Positions 26,289-35,667 of a DNA stretch of 59,227 bases are shown piece after piece. The translations under genes were made by a program, and so were the position numbers. Position 1 is the stretch's first letter. Every line of letters begins with the position of its first letter. Source of the stretch: an uncultured Eubacteriales bacterium (GTDB lineage Bacteria > Acidobacteriota > Aminicenantia > Aminicenantales > Aminicenantaceae); contig CAYZDV010000002.1 in NCBI GenBank assembly GCA_964477275.1, forward strand, positions 1-59,227, written 5' to 3'. Below the pieces are notes generated by a model. The model was not told the origin of the DNA, ran no database searches, and worked only from the letters and a program-made list of their open reading frames with translations.

Positions 26289-29237
26289 ATGTCCCGCATA
26301 TCCCAGAATGAAAGCATCCTCCAGTTGCTGGAGGGCCTGAATCCTCTTCAGAGACAGGCAGTGACCCATGGCCCAGGTCCTCTTCTGATCATCGCCGGAG
26401 CCGGAACCGGTAAAACGAAAGTCATCACTCACCGCATCGCATACCTGATCGCCTCGAAAGCGGCCAGGCCCGAAGAGATTCTGGCAGTAACCTTTACCGA
26501 GAAAGCGGCCAATGAGATGGAGGAGAGAGTCGACCTCCAGATCCCTTACAGCTATTCCTTTGTCGAGATCAGCACTTTCAACTCCTTCGGAGAAAGGGTG
26601 CTGAGGAACTACGGGATCGAGCTGGGCTATCCGCCCGATTTCAAGCTTCTCGACGATGTCGAGCAGGCGATATTTTTCAGGGAGCATCTTTTTGATTTTC
26701 CCCTCCGTCACTACCGGCCTCTGAGCTCTCCCACCAGGCACATCCAGGAACTCCTGGATGTCATCAGGCGGCTGAAACAGGAGGATATTCGTCCTGAGGA
26801 GTACCTCAAGCACGCTGCGGCGCTCGAGACGAAGGCGTCAGGAAAAGCGGAGAAGGAAGAGGCACTGAAGCATCTGGAGGTGGCCCGGCTGTATCAAAAG
26901 TATCAGGAGCTGCTCAGGAGCAGGGGGAGGATTGATTTCGAAGACCAGGTGCTGCTGGTGGTCGAGCTTCTCCGAAGGAGGCCGTCAATCCTCAAGGTTT
27001 TCCAGGAAAAATACAGGTACATCCTGGTCGATGAGTTCCAGGATACAAACTACGTCCAGTTCGAGCTCCTCAAGCTTCTGGCTGCACGCCACAGAAACCT
27101 GACCGTCTGCGGCGACGATGATCAGAGCATTTTCCGCTTCAGGGGAGCCTCCATGAGCAACATCTACAGCTTCCGCAAAATCTACCCGGATTATAAAAAG
27201 GTTGTCCTCAACATCAACTACCGCTCCAGGCAGGATATCCTGGATTCAGCCAGCCAGCTCATCCGCAAGAACAACCCGAACCGCCTGGAGTACGAGGAAG
27301 AGATCGACAAGAAGCTCGAGTCGACCATCAGGAGCGACGGGAAATGCATCCATCTCCTCTCCTTCGAGACCCTCAGCCAGGAAGCCGACAGTGTGGCCCG
27401 GATGATCAAGGCAAAAGTTCAGGAAGGCTTCAGGTATGGGGATATCGCCATCCTGGTCCGCAGAAATGCCGATGCTGAGCCCTACCTGCGGGCTCTGAAC
27501 ATGGAGGAGATTCCCCATCGGTTTTCAGGTAGCCGCGGCCTTTACTCCCGGGAAGAGGTCAAAATCCTGGTTTCTTTCATCAGGGCCTTGACAGATTTTG
27601 AGGACAGTAAAAGCCTCTTCTCCCTGGCCCTCTCCGGGATTTATCAGGCTGATCCTTACGACCTGACGCTGATTACCAACTTTGCCCATAAAAGGCACCT
27701 GCCCCTGCACTGGGTCTTCAGGAAGATCCATGAAGGGGAAAGCCCGGTGGAAATCTCCAGGGCGTCCGCAGTCAAGGTGAAGGCAATTTTTAAGGATTTG
27801 CTCTATTTTGTGAAGCTGGCCGGCTCGGAAAACGCGGGCAGGGTGATTTATGCTTTTCTGGAGAGGACGGGCTACCTGAAATCATTGGTCGAGCGCAAAA
27901 ATATCGAAGCGGAGTTGAAGATCAAGAACATCCGCCTCTTCTTCGACAAGGTGAAGAACTTCTCCGAGCTGACCGATGACGACTCCATTCATTCCTTTGC
28001 CCGGCATCTCGACCTTCTCCAGCAGGTGGGGGACAACCCGGCGACCGCCGAGGCTGAACTGGAAGAGGATGCGGTCAATGTTCTCACCGTCCACAAAGCC
28101 AAGGGCCTGGAGTTTGACGCGGTCTTCATGGTCAGCCTGATCAGCGACCGCTTCCCCGGACGCGAGCGAAAGGAGAAGATTCCCGTTCCTGAACAGATTC
28201 TCAAGGATAAAGTTCCCATTGGAGCGAAATACGGCCTGGCGGAGAGGGAGCGGATTTCTCTCCAGGAGGAAAGGCGTCTTTTCTACGTCGGGATGACCCG
28301 GGCCAGGAAACATCTCTACCTCACCTGGGCCAGGGATTACGGCCTGAAGCGCCTGAAGAAGGTCAGCCCGTTCGTGCTCGAAGCCTTCGACCTTCCCAAG
28401 GCACCGCCGGATGTTCAGCCCACCTCTGCCCTGGAGGAGATCAGGAGGTATGCCAGAAAGGCGCCGCCGCCGAGAGTCGTCTCCGAACCGACAGAGAAGG
28501 GAATTCTGACCCTGAGCTTCTCTCAGGTGGATGATTATCTGACCTGCCCTCTCCGGTATAAATACCGCCATCTCATCCGGATTCCGGTCCTCCCTCATCA
28601 CAACCTGGTCTTCGGCCGCGTTATTCACAGCACCGTGCATTGTTATCTCCAGAGGAAAATGGCAGGGGAGGAGCTGAGCGAAGAGGATCTCATCCGGGAA
28701 TACGAAAGCCGATGGGTCAACGAGGGCTTTCTCAGCCGGGAGCACGAGGAGATGAGAAAGGAGGCAGGCCGAAAAGCTCTCCGCCTCTTCCATCGCCGGG
28801 AAAAGGCATCGGGAACAGAACCCCGATTCCTGGAGAAAAATTTCAAATGGCAGCAGGACAGAGTCCGCTTCATCGGCCGGTGGGACAGGGTGGACTGCAC
28901 CGATGAAGGCGGGGTCATCATCGACTATAAGGCGACAGAAGTCAAAGACCAGAAAGAAGCAGACAGAAAGGCAAGGGAAAGCCTCCAGATGGACATCTAT
29001 GCCCTCTCTTTCGTCAGAACCCAGGCTGTTCCGCTGGTCGAGACGCGGCTTTATTTTCTGGAGTCGGATATCATCGGCCGTGCCTCAAAGGACGAGAAGA
29101 GCCTGGCCAGAGCTGCGGAGAAAATTCAGGAGGCCGAAGCGGGCATCCTGAGCCAGGATTTCGCAGCCAGGCCTGACTGGCACCACTGCAACCTCTGTGA
29201 TTTCCGGACCATCTGTCCTTCTTCCTATGCCTACTGA
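26289..29237 (+). CDS. UvrD/PcrA-type SF1 helicase fused to a C-terminal Cas4/AddB-type PD-(D/E)XK nuclease with Cys cluster
   Basis: 982 aa with Walker A AGAGTGKT, motif II VDEFQDTN and motif VI YVGMTRAR. The C-terminal roughly 250 aa carry the first Cys in DYLTCPLRY, IDYK in the (D/E)xK position, and a terminal CNLCDFRTIC. Confidence 0.8.
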   Translation: MSRISQNESILQLLEGLNPLQRQAVTHGPGPLLIIAGAGTGKTKVITHRIAYLIASKAARPEEILAVTFTEKAANEMEERVDLQIPYSYSFVEISTFNSFGERVLRNYGIELGYPPDFKLLDDVEQAIFFREHLFDFPLRHYRPLSSPTRHIQELLDVIRRLKQEDIRPEEYLKHAAALETKASGKAEKEEALKHLEVARLYQKYQELLRSRGRIDFEDQVLLVVELLRRRPSILKVFQEKYRYILVDEFQDTNYVQFELLKLLAARHRNLTVCGDDDQSIFRFRGASMSNIYSFRKIYPDYKKVVLNINYRSRQDILDSASQLIRKNNPNRLEYEEEIDKKLESTIRSDGKCIHLLSFETLSQEADSVARMIKAKVQEGFRYGDIAILVRRNADAEPYLRALNMEEIPHRFSGSRGLYSREEVKILVSFIRALTDFEDSKSLFSLALSGIYQADPYDLTLITNFAHKRHLPLHWVFRKIHEGESPVEISRASAVKVKAIFKDLLYFVKLAGSENAGRVIYAFLERTGYLKSLVERKNIEAELKIKNIRLFFDKVKNFSELTDDDSIHSFARHLDLLQQVGDNPATAEAELEEDAVNVLTVHKAKGLEFDAVFMVSLISDRFPGRERKEKIPVPEQILKDKVPIGAKYGLAERERISLQEERRLFYVGMTRARKHLYLTWARDYGLKRLKKVSPFVLEAFDLPKAPPDVQPTSALEEIRRYARKAPPPRVVSEPTEKGILTLSFSQVDDYLTCPLRYKYRHLIRIPVLPHHNLVFGRVIHSTVHCYLQRKMAGEELSEEDLIREYESRWVNEGFLSREHEEMRKEAGRKALRLFHRREKASGTEPRFLEKNFKWQQDRVRFIGRWDRVDCTDEGGVIIDYKATEVKDQKEADRKARESLQMDIYALSFVRTQAVPLVETRLYFLESDIIGRASKDEKSLARAAEKIQEAEAGILSQDFAARPDWHHCNLCDFRTICPSSYAY

Positions 29238-30970
29238 GTTTTTGACCCGGGGAATATCCAGAAAGGCATGATGGCCATCATCCTTTCTCTCTCCAGGAGC
29301 TGAAATGCGAACAGGATTTTCTCCCATCCGGCGGGAGTGCCAGTCTTGGTTGCGATCAACCTTCTGCTCATGAGCATGTCCCAGAAAGAGATTTTTTTCG
29401 GCCAGACGACAAGGCTTACCTCTTCATCGGCCGGAATGCCGGCCAGCTCCTTGGCCAGGTTGATGGCCCGCGCGAGGCCTCCGATTTCATCGACGAGGCC
29501 CAGCTCCTTGGCCTGGCGGCCTGTCCAGACACGGCCCTTACCGATCCGGTCGACTTCTTCCTTGTTCATTTCCCGTCCCGCCGCAACCTTGTTCAAAAAC
29601 TGGCCGTAGATCCAGAGGATTTCTTTTTTCAGATTCTTTCTTTCCTGAGGCGTGAGGCTTCTGTGGGTGGAGAACATGTCAGCACTCTTCCCGTAGGCCA
29701 GTCTTTCAGAGGTGACGCCCAGCTTTTCGTAGAGGCCGGTCATGGTGAACTTGCCGCCGACGACGCCGATGGAGCCGGTGAAAGTCTGGGGTTGGGCGAC
29801 AATCTTATGGGCAGCCATGGAGACCCAATACCCGCCGGAGCCGGCCACATCCGACATGGAGACGACAAAGGGCTTTTCCTTCTTGGTCAGAACAACCTCT
29901 CTCCAGATGATGTCCGAAGCCACGGCCGAGCCTCCCGGGCTGTCGACGCGGAAGACGACAGCGGCAATGGATTTATCTTTGCGGGCTGCTCTGATCCATC
30001 CGGCTATGGTCTGGCTTCCCATAGTCTGGGAATAGCTTTCGCCGGTATGGATCAGCCCCTGGCCGTAAAGAAGAGCAACCTTTTTTCCCCTGTAGAGGCC
30101 GACTGCGGCCGGTTTGACCTTCAAGTATTCCTGGTGAGTGATTTTATGGAGCGGCTTTCCTTTTTCTTCGAGGAGCTCCGTGAGCTGGTCTTCATAGAGA
30201 AGGTCATCGACAAGCCCGGACTCCAGAGCCTTCTCCCCCTGGAAAGCGCCGATGTCAATCAATGCCCTGACCTCCTTCTCGCTTTTTCCGCGGGCCTCGG
30301 CCAGGGCCTCGACATAAAGGGAAAAAATGTCGCCGTAAAGGGATTCCATCATTTCCCTGTGGGCCGGCGTGAATCCTTCCTCTGTAAACATGTTGTAGGC
30401 TGTCTTGTATTCCTCGGCATGCTCGAACTCGGCCTGGATTCCCAGTTTGTCCAGAGCTTTCTTGAAGAAGGGAATGTGTCCGCCGATTCCGTTAACGCCC
30501 ATCCAGCCCAGAGGATGGAGGATGATCTTATCGCAGGCTGAAGCCAGATAGTATTCTTTGTCGAATTCAGGAGCTTCCTCGATGTACGCATAGGCTTTTT
30601 TCCCGGATTTTCGGAACTCGAGCACAGCTTCTCTGATTTCATTGACTTTGGCCCAGTCGCATTCGAGATAGCCGAGACGAAGGACAAGGCATTTGATCCG
30701 GCCGTCCACGCTGGCTTTGCGGACGTTTGTCCAGATATCGAACATGGACAGGGGCTGCCTGCCGACGAAAAGAGCGGTCATCAGGTCAGGAACCGCCTTT
30801 TCCTGGATGGCGCCGGAAAGTTTGATCTCCAGAAAGGAACGGGGCTTGACGGCCGGCGGCTTTGCGAACTCATAAAAGAGGAAGGAAACGATCGTCGCCA
30901 TGGCCAGGATGAAGAAGATCAGGAAGATGATCAGGATGTATTTTCCTCTCTTCATTTTTCCTCCTTGCAT
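29231..30970 (-). CDS. sppA: Signal peptide peptidase SppA, 67K (tandem-domain) type
   Basis: 579 aa with an N-terminal TM and two ClpP/crotonase-like halves. The serine motif is MSDVAGSGGYWVSMAA. Confidence 0.85.
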   Translation of the reverse strand: MQGGKMKRGKYILIIFLIFFILAMATIVSFLFYEFAKPPAVKPRSFLEIKLSGAIQEKAVPDLMTALFVGRQPLSMFDIWTNVRKASVDGRIKCLVLRLGYLECDWAKVNEIREAVLEFRKSGKKAYAYIEEAPEFDKEYYLASACDKIILHPLGWMGVNGIGGHIPFFKKALDKLGIQAEFEHAEEYKTAYNMFTEEGFTPAHREMMESLYGDIFSLYVEALAEARGKSEKEVRALIDIGAFQGEKALESGLVDDLLYEDQLTELLEEKGKPLHKITHQEYLKVKPAAVGLYRGKKVALLYGQGLIHTGESYSQTMGSQTIAGWIRAARKDKSIAAVVFRVDSPGGSAVASDIIWREVVLTKKEKPFVVSMSDVAGSGGYWVSMAAHKIVAQPQTFTGSIGVVGGKFTMTGLYEKLGVTSERLAYGKSADMFSTHRSLTPQERKNLKKEILWIYGQFLNKVAAGREMNKEEVDRIGKGRVWTGRQAKELGLVDEIGGLARAINLAKELAGIPADEEVSLVVWPKKISFWDMLMSRRLIATKTGTPAGWEKILFAFQLLERERMMAIMPFWIFPGSKTQ

Positions 30971-31021
30971 GACCGGAGAAAATTCTCTCTGGTTTCCAGT
31001 AAACTATAGCAGAAAACCGTA

Positions 31022-31049
31022 TTGATGAATAGCCGTATAGCCGTATAAT
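31022..31049 (+). promoter_or_regulatory. Possible sigma70 promoter (TTGATG-16 nt-TATAAT)
   Basis: The hexamers lie at 31022-31027 and 31044-31049. The spacer contains a tandem TAGCCGTA x2. The site is about 235 nt upstream of the ECF sigma gene. Confidence 0.25.
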
Positions 31050-31132
31050 AGTTGATTATCATTGAACCTGGACTATTCATAAAAGAGGGTAAGACAATGA
31101 ATGCTTTCTTTCCAGAAAGAAGTTTCGAGGAG

Positions 31133-31158
31133 TGAACCTTTTTCCAGATTCTTCCGTT
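31133..31158 (+). promoter_or_regulatory. Possible ECF-type autoregulated promoter (TGAAC-17 nt-CGTT)
   Basis: TGAACC at 31133-31138 and CGTT at 31155-31158 match the common ECF GAAC...CGT architecture. The site is about 125 nt upstream of the sigma start. Confidence 0.25.
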
Positions 31159-31282
31159 GGAATCGGCGAGGGTTTCATGATCAGGTTGAAAATGCCCGGA
31201 GAGAGAAAAACCCCTTGATTTTCCGGCCGGAATAGGTCTTTTTCAGGCCGGGCAGAGGGAGAAGCTAACAGAAAACAGAAAA

Positions 31283-31927
31283 ATGGAAACAAGGAGCATG
31301 GAAGAGAGTGCGGATATCTCCACGCTTGTGGAACGAATCAAGGAAGGAGACAGAGAAGCGTTCATGACCGTAACCCGGCTTTATCAGAGAAAGGTCTTTC
31401 TGCTGGCCTATTCTTTTTTTCGCAACAGGGAAGACGCACTGGATATTGTCCAGGAGACCTTCTTCAAGGTCTACCAGAAGGTCCGCCTCTTCGAGAGGGG
31501 AGAGGGTTTCCAGAACTGGCTGCTTCAGATCGCCAAAAATCTGTGCATCGATTATTACAGGAAAAGTCTCAGCAGGGGAAAGGATGAGTGGAGTGAAAAA
31601 TCCTTCGAAGAGGTGAATGCAGCTGTCGGGGATGAGAGAAATCCTCATGCGGCATCCGATCTGAGAATGATCATTTCCGAATGCATCCAGAAGCTGGCCA
31701 AAAAACAGAGAATGGTTTTTGTCATGAAGCATTACAACCAGCTCAATTACGCTGAGATCGCCCAGATCCTGGGAATTTCCCTGGGGACGGCGAAATCTCT
31801 GCATTTCAAGGCTGTTCAAAATATAAGGAGCCTGATGGCTCCCTACTTGGGGAGAAGCCATGAGAAACTGCAAAAAGCCAAGAAAAAATTTAGTGGCTTT
31901 CCTTTCCGGAGAGCTTCGGGAAAATGA
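31283..31927 (+). CDS. ECF-family RNA polymerase sigma factor
   Basis: It has region 2 (FMTVTRLYQRKVFLLAYSFFRNREDALDIVQETF, WLLQIAKNLCIDYYR) and a region 4 HTH (LNYAEIAQILGISLGTAKSLHFKA). Confidence 0.88.
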   Translation: METRSMEESADISTLVERIKEGDREAFMTVTRLYQRKVFLLAYSFFRNREDALDIVQETFFKVYQKVRLFERGEGFQNWLLQIAKNLCIDYYRKSLSRGKDEWSEKSFEEVNAAVGDERNPHAASDLRMIISECIQKLAKKQRMVFVMKHYNQLNYAEIAQILGISLGTAKSLHFKAVQNIRSLMAPYLGRSHEKLQKAKKKFSGFPFRRASGK

Positions 31928-32666
31928 GCGGAAGCTCCTCCAGGCCCATCTGGATGAATGTCCGGCCTGCCAGGACGAACTCAAAGAGCTCAACGCATTC
32001 CTTGCCACTGCCGATGTCTTGAAGGAAGATATCCGGGAAGCCGTGGAATCCGTCGACTGGGAAACCCTTCCCTCCAGGATTACAGACTCTGTCTTCAGGA
32101 AAGAAGTTCCTCTCCGGTGGGAATCGAGGTTGACCAGAACATCCCGGTTTTTCTTCCAGCCCCGTCTGAGGCCGGTCTACGCGGCTCTTTTCCTTGGTAT
32201 TATCCTCGGTGCGGTGCTGACGTTTGTTCTCTTCAGGCCGCCGCAGCCGGCTGAAGTCGTGACCGCCGACTACTTTGTGCCTCAGGAGTTCATGCAGAAA
32301 GTTGAGCTGGAGATGGCCAGGAGAGAAACGCTCGACTATCTGGAGAAGAGCGAGTTCCTGCTTCTGGACTTCATCCAGACGCCAGCGGAGAAGTCGGCCG
32401 AACTCTGGCAGGGCGAGTTTGTCTCCCTTAAAGCGAGAGACCTGCTGGCCAAGAAAAAATACATCAACCCGCAGCTTGATAACTTCCAGATGGCCAAGGC
32501 CAAGGCAATCTGTGACCAGATCGAGCTGCTCTTCTACGAGCTTTCTCAAATCAGCGTCCAGCTTTCAGCAGCAGAGATCCACAAGATTCAAAGAATGATC
32601 GAAGACAGACAGATTCTGCTGAAGATCAGCCTGGTCAAAAAAGAGCTGGAAAGAACTGGAGTCTAA
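31860..32666 (+). CDS. Anti-sigma factor, zf-HC2 type, single-pass membrane
   Basis: It has the N-terminal HLDECPACQ (HxxxCxxC) motif, one TM (VYAALFLGIILGAVLTFVLF) and an extracytoplasmic helical domain. It overlaps the sigma gene by 68 nt. Confidence 0.75.
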   Translation: MRNCKKPRKNLVAFLSGELRENERKLLQAHLDECPACQDELKELNAFLATADVLKEDIREAVESVDWETLPSRITDSVFRKEVPLRWESRLTRTSRFFFQPRLRPVYAALFLGIILGAVLTFVLFRPPQPAEVVTADYFVPQEFMQKVELEMARRETLDYLEKSEFLLLDFIQTPAEKSAELWQGEFVSLKARDLLAKKKYINPQLDNFQMAKAKAICDQIELLFYELSQISVQLSAAEIHKIQRMIEDRQILLKISLVKKELERTGV

Positions 32667-32667
32667 C

Positions 32668-33504
32668 ATGAGAAAAATCATCATCAATTTAGCTGTTCTT
32701 CTCATCCTCACTTCTGTCCTTCAGGCCTCCGCTCAAAGCCGGCCCGATGAGAAGCTTTTCCATGAGGCTAAAATTCTCATTTTCGATAAGGACTGGGAGA
32801 GCGCCCAGAAAAAGCTGGAGGAGCTGCTGGAGAAATATCCCCGAAGTCCGTTCGCTTCCCAGGCTGTCTTTTACAGATCCAGATGTCTTCAGGAGCAGAG
32901 GGGAAAAGAGCTCGAGGCTCTGAAGGCCTATAAGGATTACATCAGAGGAAAGGAGCGCAGCGAGAGCCTGGCCGAGGAAGCGGAGAGAGCCATCATCGAT
33001 ATTGCTTTTGAGCTTTATCGAGCCGGGAAAGGATCCTACCTGAAAGAGATAGAAGACAGGCTCTCCAGCCCCAACAAAGTGATTAAATATTATGCGGCGT
33101 TCAAGCTGAGTTATCTGACAGATAAAAAAGTTGCAGGGAAAGGGATTGCGGTTCTGAAGGAGATTCTCCTTAGGGAAAAGGATGACGAGCTCAGAGACAG
33201 GGCGAAAATTGCCCTGCTCCGGGTCAATCCTGATGCCCTGAAGGAAGTGGATGTTGAGGAGAGATACGAGAAAAAAACAAAGCTGTTGAAAATCAGGGTC
33301 TGGGAGGACGGCGAACCGGTTCTGAAAATCAACATTCCCTGGGCTCTGGCAGAGCTTGTCCTGGGCTCGATGTCGGAGGAAGAGAAAGCCTTGTTGAGAG
33401 CCAAAGGCTATGACTGGGAAACCATCACCAGAACTCTGATTGAAGCCGGCGAAATCATTCATGTCGAGGAAAAAGGAAAAGTCATAAAAATCTGGATTGA
33501 ATGA
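32668..33504 (+). CDS. Exported TPR-like/HEAT-like repeat protein
   Basis: 278 aa with a signal peptide (LLILTSVLQASA), a YbgF/BamD-style TPR segment (DKDWESAQKKLEELLEKYPRSPFASQAVFYRSRC) and a HEAT-like segment (DDELRDRAKIALLRV). It starts 2 nt after the anti-sigma stop. Confidence 0.6.
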   Translation: MRKIIINLAVLLILTSVLQASAQSRPDEKLFHEAKILIFDKDWESAQKKLEELLEKYPRSPFASQAVFYRSRCLQEQRGKELEALKAYKDYIRGKERSESLAEEAERAIIDIAFELYRAGKGSYLKEIEDRLSSPNKVIKYYAAFKLSYLTDKKVAGKGIAVLKEILLREKDDELRDRAKIALLRVNPDALKEVDVEERYEKKTKLLKIRVWEDGEPVLKINIPWALAELVLGSMSEEEKALLRAKGYDWETITRTLIEAGEIIHVEEKGKVIKIWIE

Positions 33505-33717
33505 CACAAAGGAGGTTGACCTCAGAGAACTCTTCGCCGAGCTGAAGAAACACGGGCCACTGGTGTTCATCGAGATCAATGACGAAGAGGAGGATGTGAC
33601 GGTCAGGGTCTGGGTGGAATGAGCAGAACGTGAAATCTCGCGCTCGGGAAGATAAGGAGGGGGCAAACGGCAACAGCCCCATTCTCATGTCCGAATGGCA
33701 ATGGGAAAATGGCTTCT

Positions 33718-34581
33718 CTACCTGTTCAGGGCGTCAAAGATCTTCTTCTGGAGGTTTTTCACAAACTCAGTTTTTTCCGATTTCGAGGAGTTGGCCTTCT
33801 CAAAAGTGAGGGGCGGCAGAAACTCGATTGTCAGGCGGGGGCGGGTGAATCGTTTCTTCCTCAGGCGATGAGCCAGCCACTTGACCGCTCTGAAGAGGAC
33901 GATCCTGTCCGCGACATACTGCCAGTAAGTGATCTTGTCGATCATCGGATTTTCCTTTACCACGCAGGGGACGATTTTGGCCACCTTGCCCCGCTTGTAG
34001 AGGGCGCTGGCCAGGGTGGGGACGATGGTCTGGTATATGGGAATTTCAACCGTATCCGAGGTTTTTCCTCCGCTGGGAGCAATGGCGAGAGGGATATTGT
34101 TTTCCAGGCTTTTGATGCATTCCAGAAACGCCTCTTTGTTGATTTTCCGTTTCCTGAGCCATTCTTCTTCAGTGGCCGGATCGTCGAGGTTGACGACGAT
34201 GACCTTCAACATGTTCGCCTGGGCGATGACGTATCTGGTGAGAAGTCCGATGAATTTTGCATAAAAGTATCCGGCCAGACGCTTTTTCTTGACTTTCTCC
34301 CGATATGAAGGAGTAAAGATGGCCTCCTCCACCTCTTCGCGGAGTTTTGAGGAATATTCCGGGCTGGCAATGATGCCTTCAGCTAAAAAGCGGATGCTGG
34401 GTTTTGAAGGAGCGGCCATCCCCAGGTAGACAGGCTCACCTCTTCTTGTCAGGTGGTTGTAGACAAGAATGGTGGGTCCGTCATCAGGGATGTTTTGGAG
34501 GCCGACGGATTCCGGCTTGGGGCAGATAGGAACTGTCCTCAAAATGATTCTTAAAGGGCGGTAAGGGAAAGCGATCATCAT
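33718..34581 (-). CDS. Lysophospholipid-acyltransferase (PlsC/LPLAT)-like protein with atypical motif I
   Basis: 287 aa with the LPLAT-like entry GLQNIPDDGPTILVYNH. HX4D is replaced by HLTRRGE, and a motif III-like block IAPSGGKTS is present. Confidence 0.45.
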   Translation of the reverse strand: MMIAFPYRPLRIILRTVPICPKPESVGLQNIPDDGPTILVYNHLTRRGEPVYLGMAAPSKPSIRFLAEGIIASPEYSSKLREEVEEAIFTPSYREKVKKKRLAGYFYAKFIGLLTRYVIAQANMLKVIVVNLDDPATEEEWLRKRKINKEAFLECIKSLENNIPLAIAPSGGKTSDTVEIPIYQTIVPTLASALYKRGKVAKIVPCVVKENPMIDKITYWQYVADRIVLFRAVKWLAHRLRKKRFTRPRLTIEFLPPLTFEKANSSKSEKTEFVKNLQKKIFDALNR

Positions 34582-34731
34582 TACGAGCCCGGTTTTCTTG
34601 CGCTAACTTATTCTGATGGGGAGCGGATTCCTATTTTTGATGTTTATCTTTCGATCTTATCCGGTCCCCTCACAAAAGAGCTATAGCACAGCCCGCTCGG
34701 GGTGTCAAACAAAAGAAATATCCCAAGCCGG

Positions 34732-35019
34732 TCAGATCATGCTGAGAAATTCATCCCAGGGCATCCCCTGCAGGGTTTCTGTTGTCGAATGTCCGTAGGC
34801 CCGGATGATCATGGCGGCTTTCATGATCTGTTTCGGGTCGTCCGATTCGACGATATCCACCACGTCGAAGCGGCCGGTGGTGGAGAAGCTCTGTTTCCAG
34901 ATGACACCGGGACAATCGCTCTTGATTCTCGAAGCCACTGTTTCAGCGATTTTCTTGAACTCGTAGGGGTCGCTGAAGGCTTCAGGAGAAATCCGGCTGA
35001 GGATAATGTAGGTGGCCAT
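34732..35019 (-). CDS. GYD-domain protein
   Basis: 95 aa with MATYIILSRISPEAF..., ...TTGRFDVVDIVESDD... and ...IRAYGHSTTETL, which together match the GYD family pattern. Confidence 0.75.
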   Translation of the reverse strand: MATYIILSRISPEAFSDPYEFKKIAETVASRIKSDCPGVIWKQSFSTTGRFDVVDIVESDDPKQIMKAAMIIRAYGHSTTETLQGMPWDEFLSMI

Positions 35020-35366
35020 CTCAAACCTCCATTCTGGATTACATCGTATAGTTTATCAGAAACTCCAAAAAAGACATAAAGAGACGGATTTTCGCCCTGG
35101 TGCATTTTGTCTCAATCGGGCCCACTGGATGGCACCGCGGGTCAAAATTTTTCGGATCTTTTTTTTCAATGTTCAGGTTTCTCTCTCGACTAAAAATACG
35201 GCCCTGTTATGCTGGCTGGACAGGGTTCAGACACAGTCAACCCCTTTTGCTTCTTTTCCCCTCAAACAGCCAGCATTTTTTTTGGCCTTTTTTTGTGTTC
35301 CGGGCTTCTCGCAGAAATGGTCAGCCATGAAGGCAAGTTTTTTTAAGAGAGAGAAGAGGATTCAGA

Positions 35367-35549
35367 TTAAATTTCAGGTCGGATAATGAAGATAAAGTAG
35401 ATAAGGGCTAAGATTCCATAAAACAAGACGAAAATTACCAGGTAATTGACTCTTTTTTTTTCCACCTTGAAGAGCAACATGGAGAGATAGGTCAGAATGA
35501 TTGAGCCGGGAATGAGCATGAACAAAAAATGGAATAGGATATCTCCCAT
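35367..35549 (-). CDS. Possible small two-TM membrane protein
   Basis: 60 aa with two hydrophobic helices separated by KVEKKR. The stretch is AT-rich and lacks a convincing SD, so this could be a compositional artefact. Confidence 0.3.
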   Translation of the reverse strand: MGDILFHFLFMLIPGSIILTYLSMLLFKVEKKRVNYLVIFVLFYGILALIYFIFIIRPEI

Positions 35550-35667
35550 CTTCCACTGATAGGAGAATTCTATCCAAATGGAGAGGGAGGTGTCAACCGA
35601 ATCTTTGGGTTCAAATGCCGGGGGAAATTCTGATTGAGGCCTTTGTCAGCGTATTCCTTTTTATCGC

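Noticed and set aside
31030-31043. Tandem TAGCCGTA TAGCCGTA as a possible repeat array
   Set aside because: There are only two 8-nt units. This is too short for a CRISPR or a meaningful tandem repeat, and it is probably just promoter spacer sequence.
35209-35285. TGCTGGCTG ... CAGCCAGCA inverted repeat followed by T8 as a terminator
   Set aside because: The loop is about 50 nt and no plus-strand gene ends nearby. On the minus strand the geometry is wrong for terminating the 60-aa ORF. This is not convincing.
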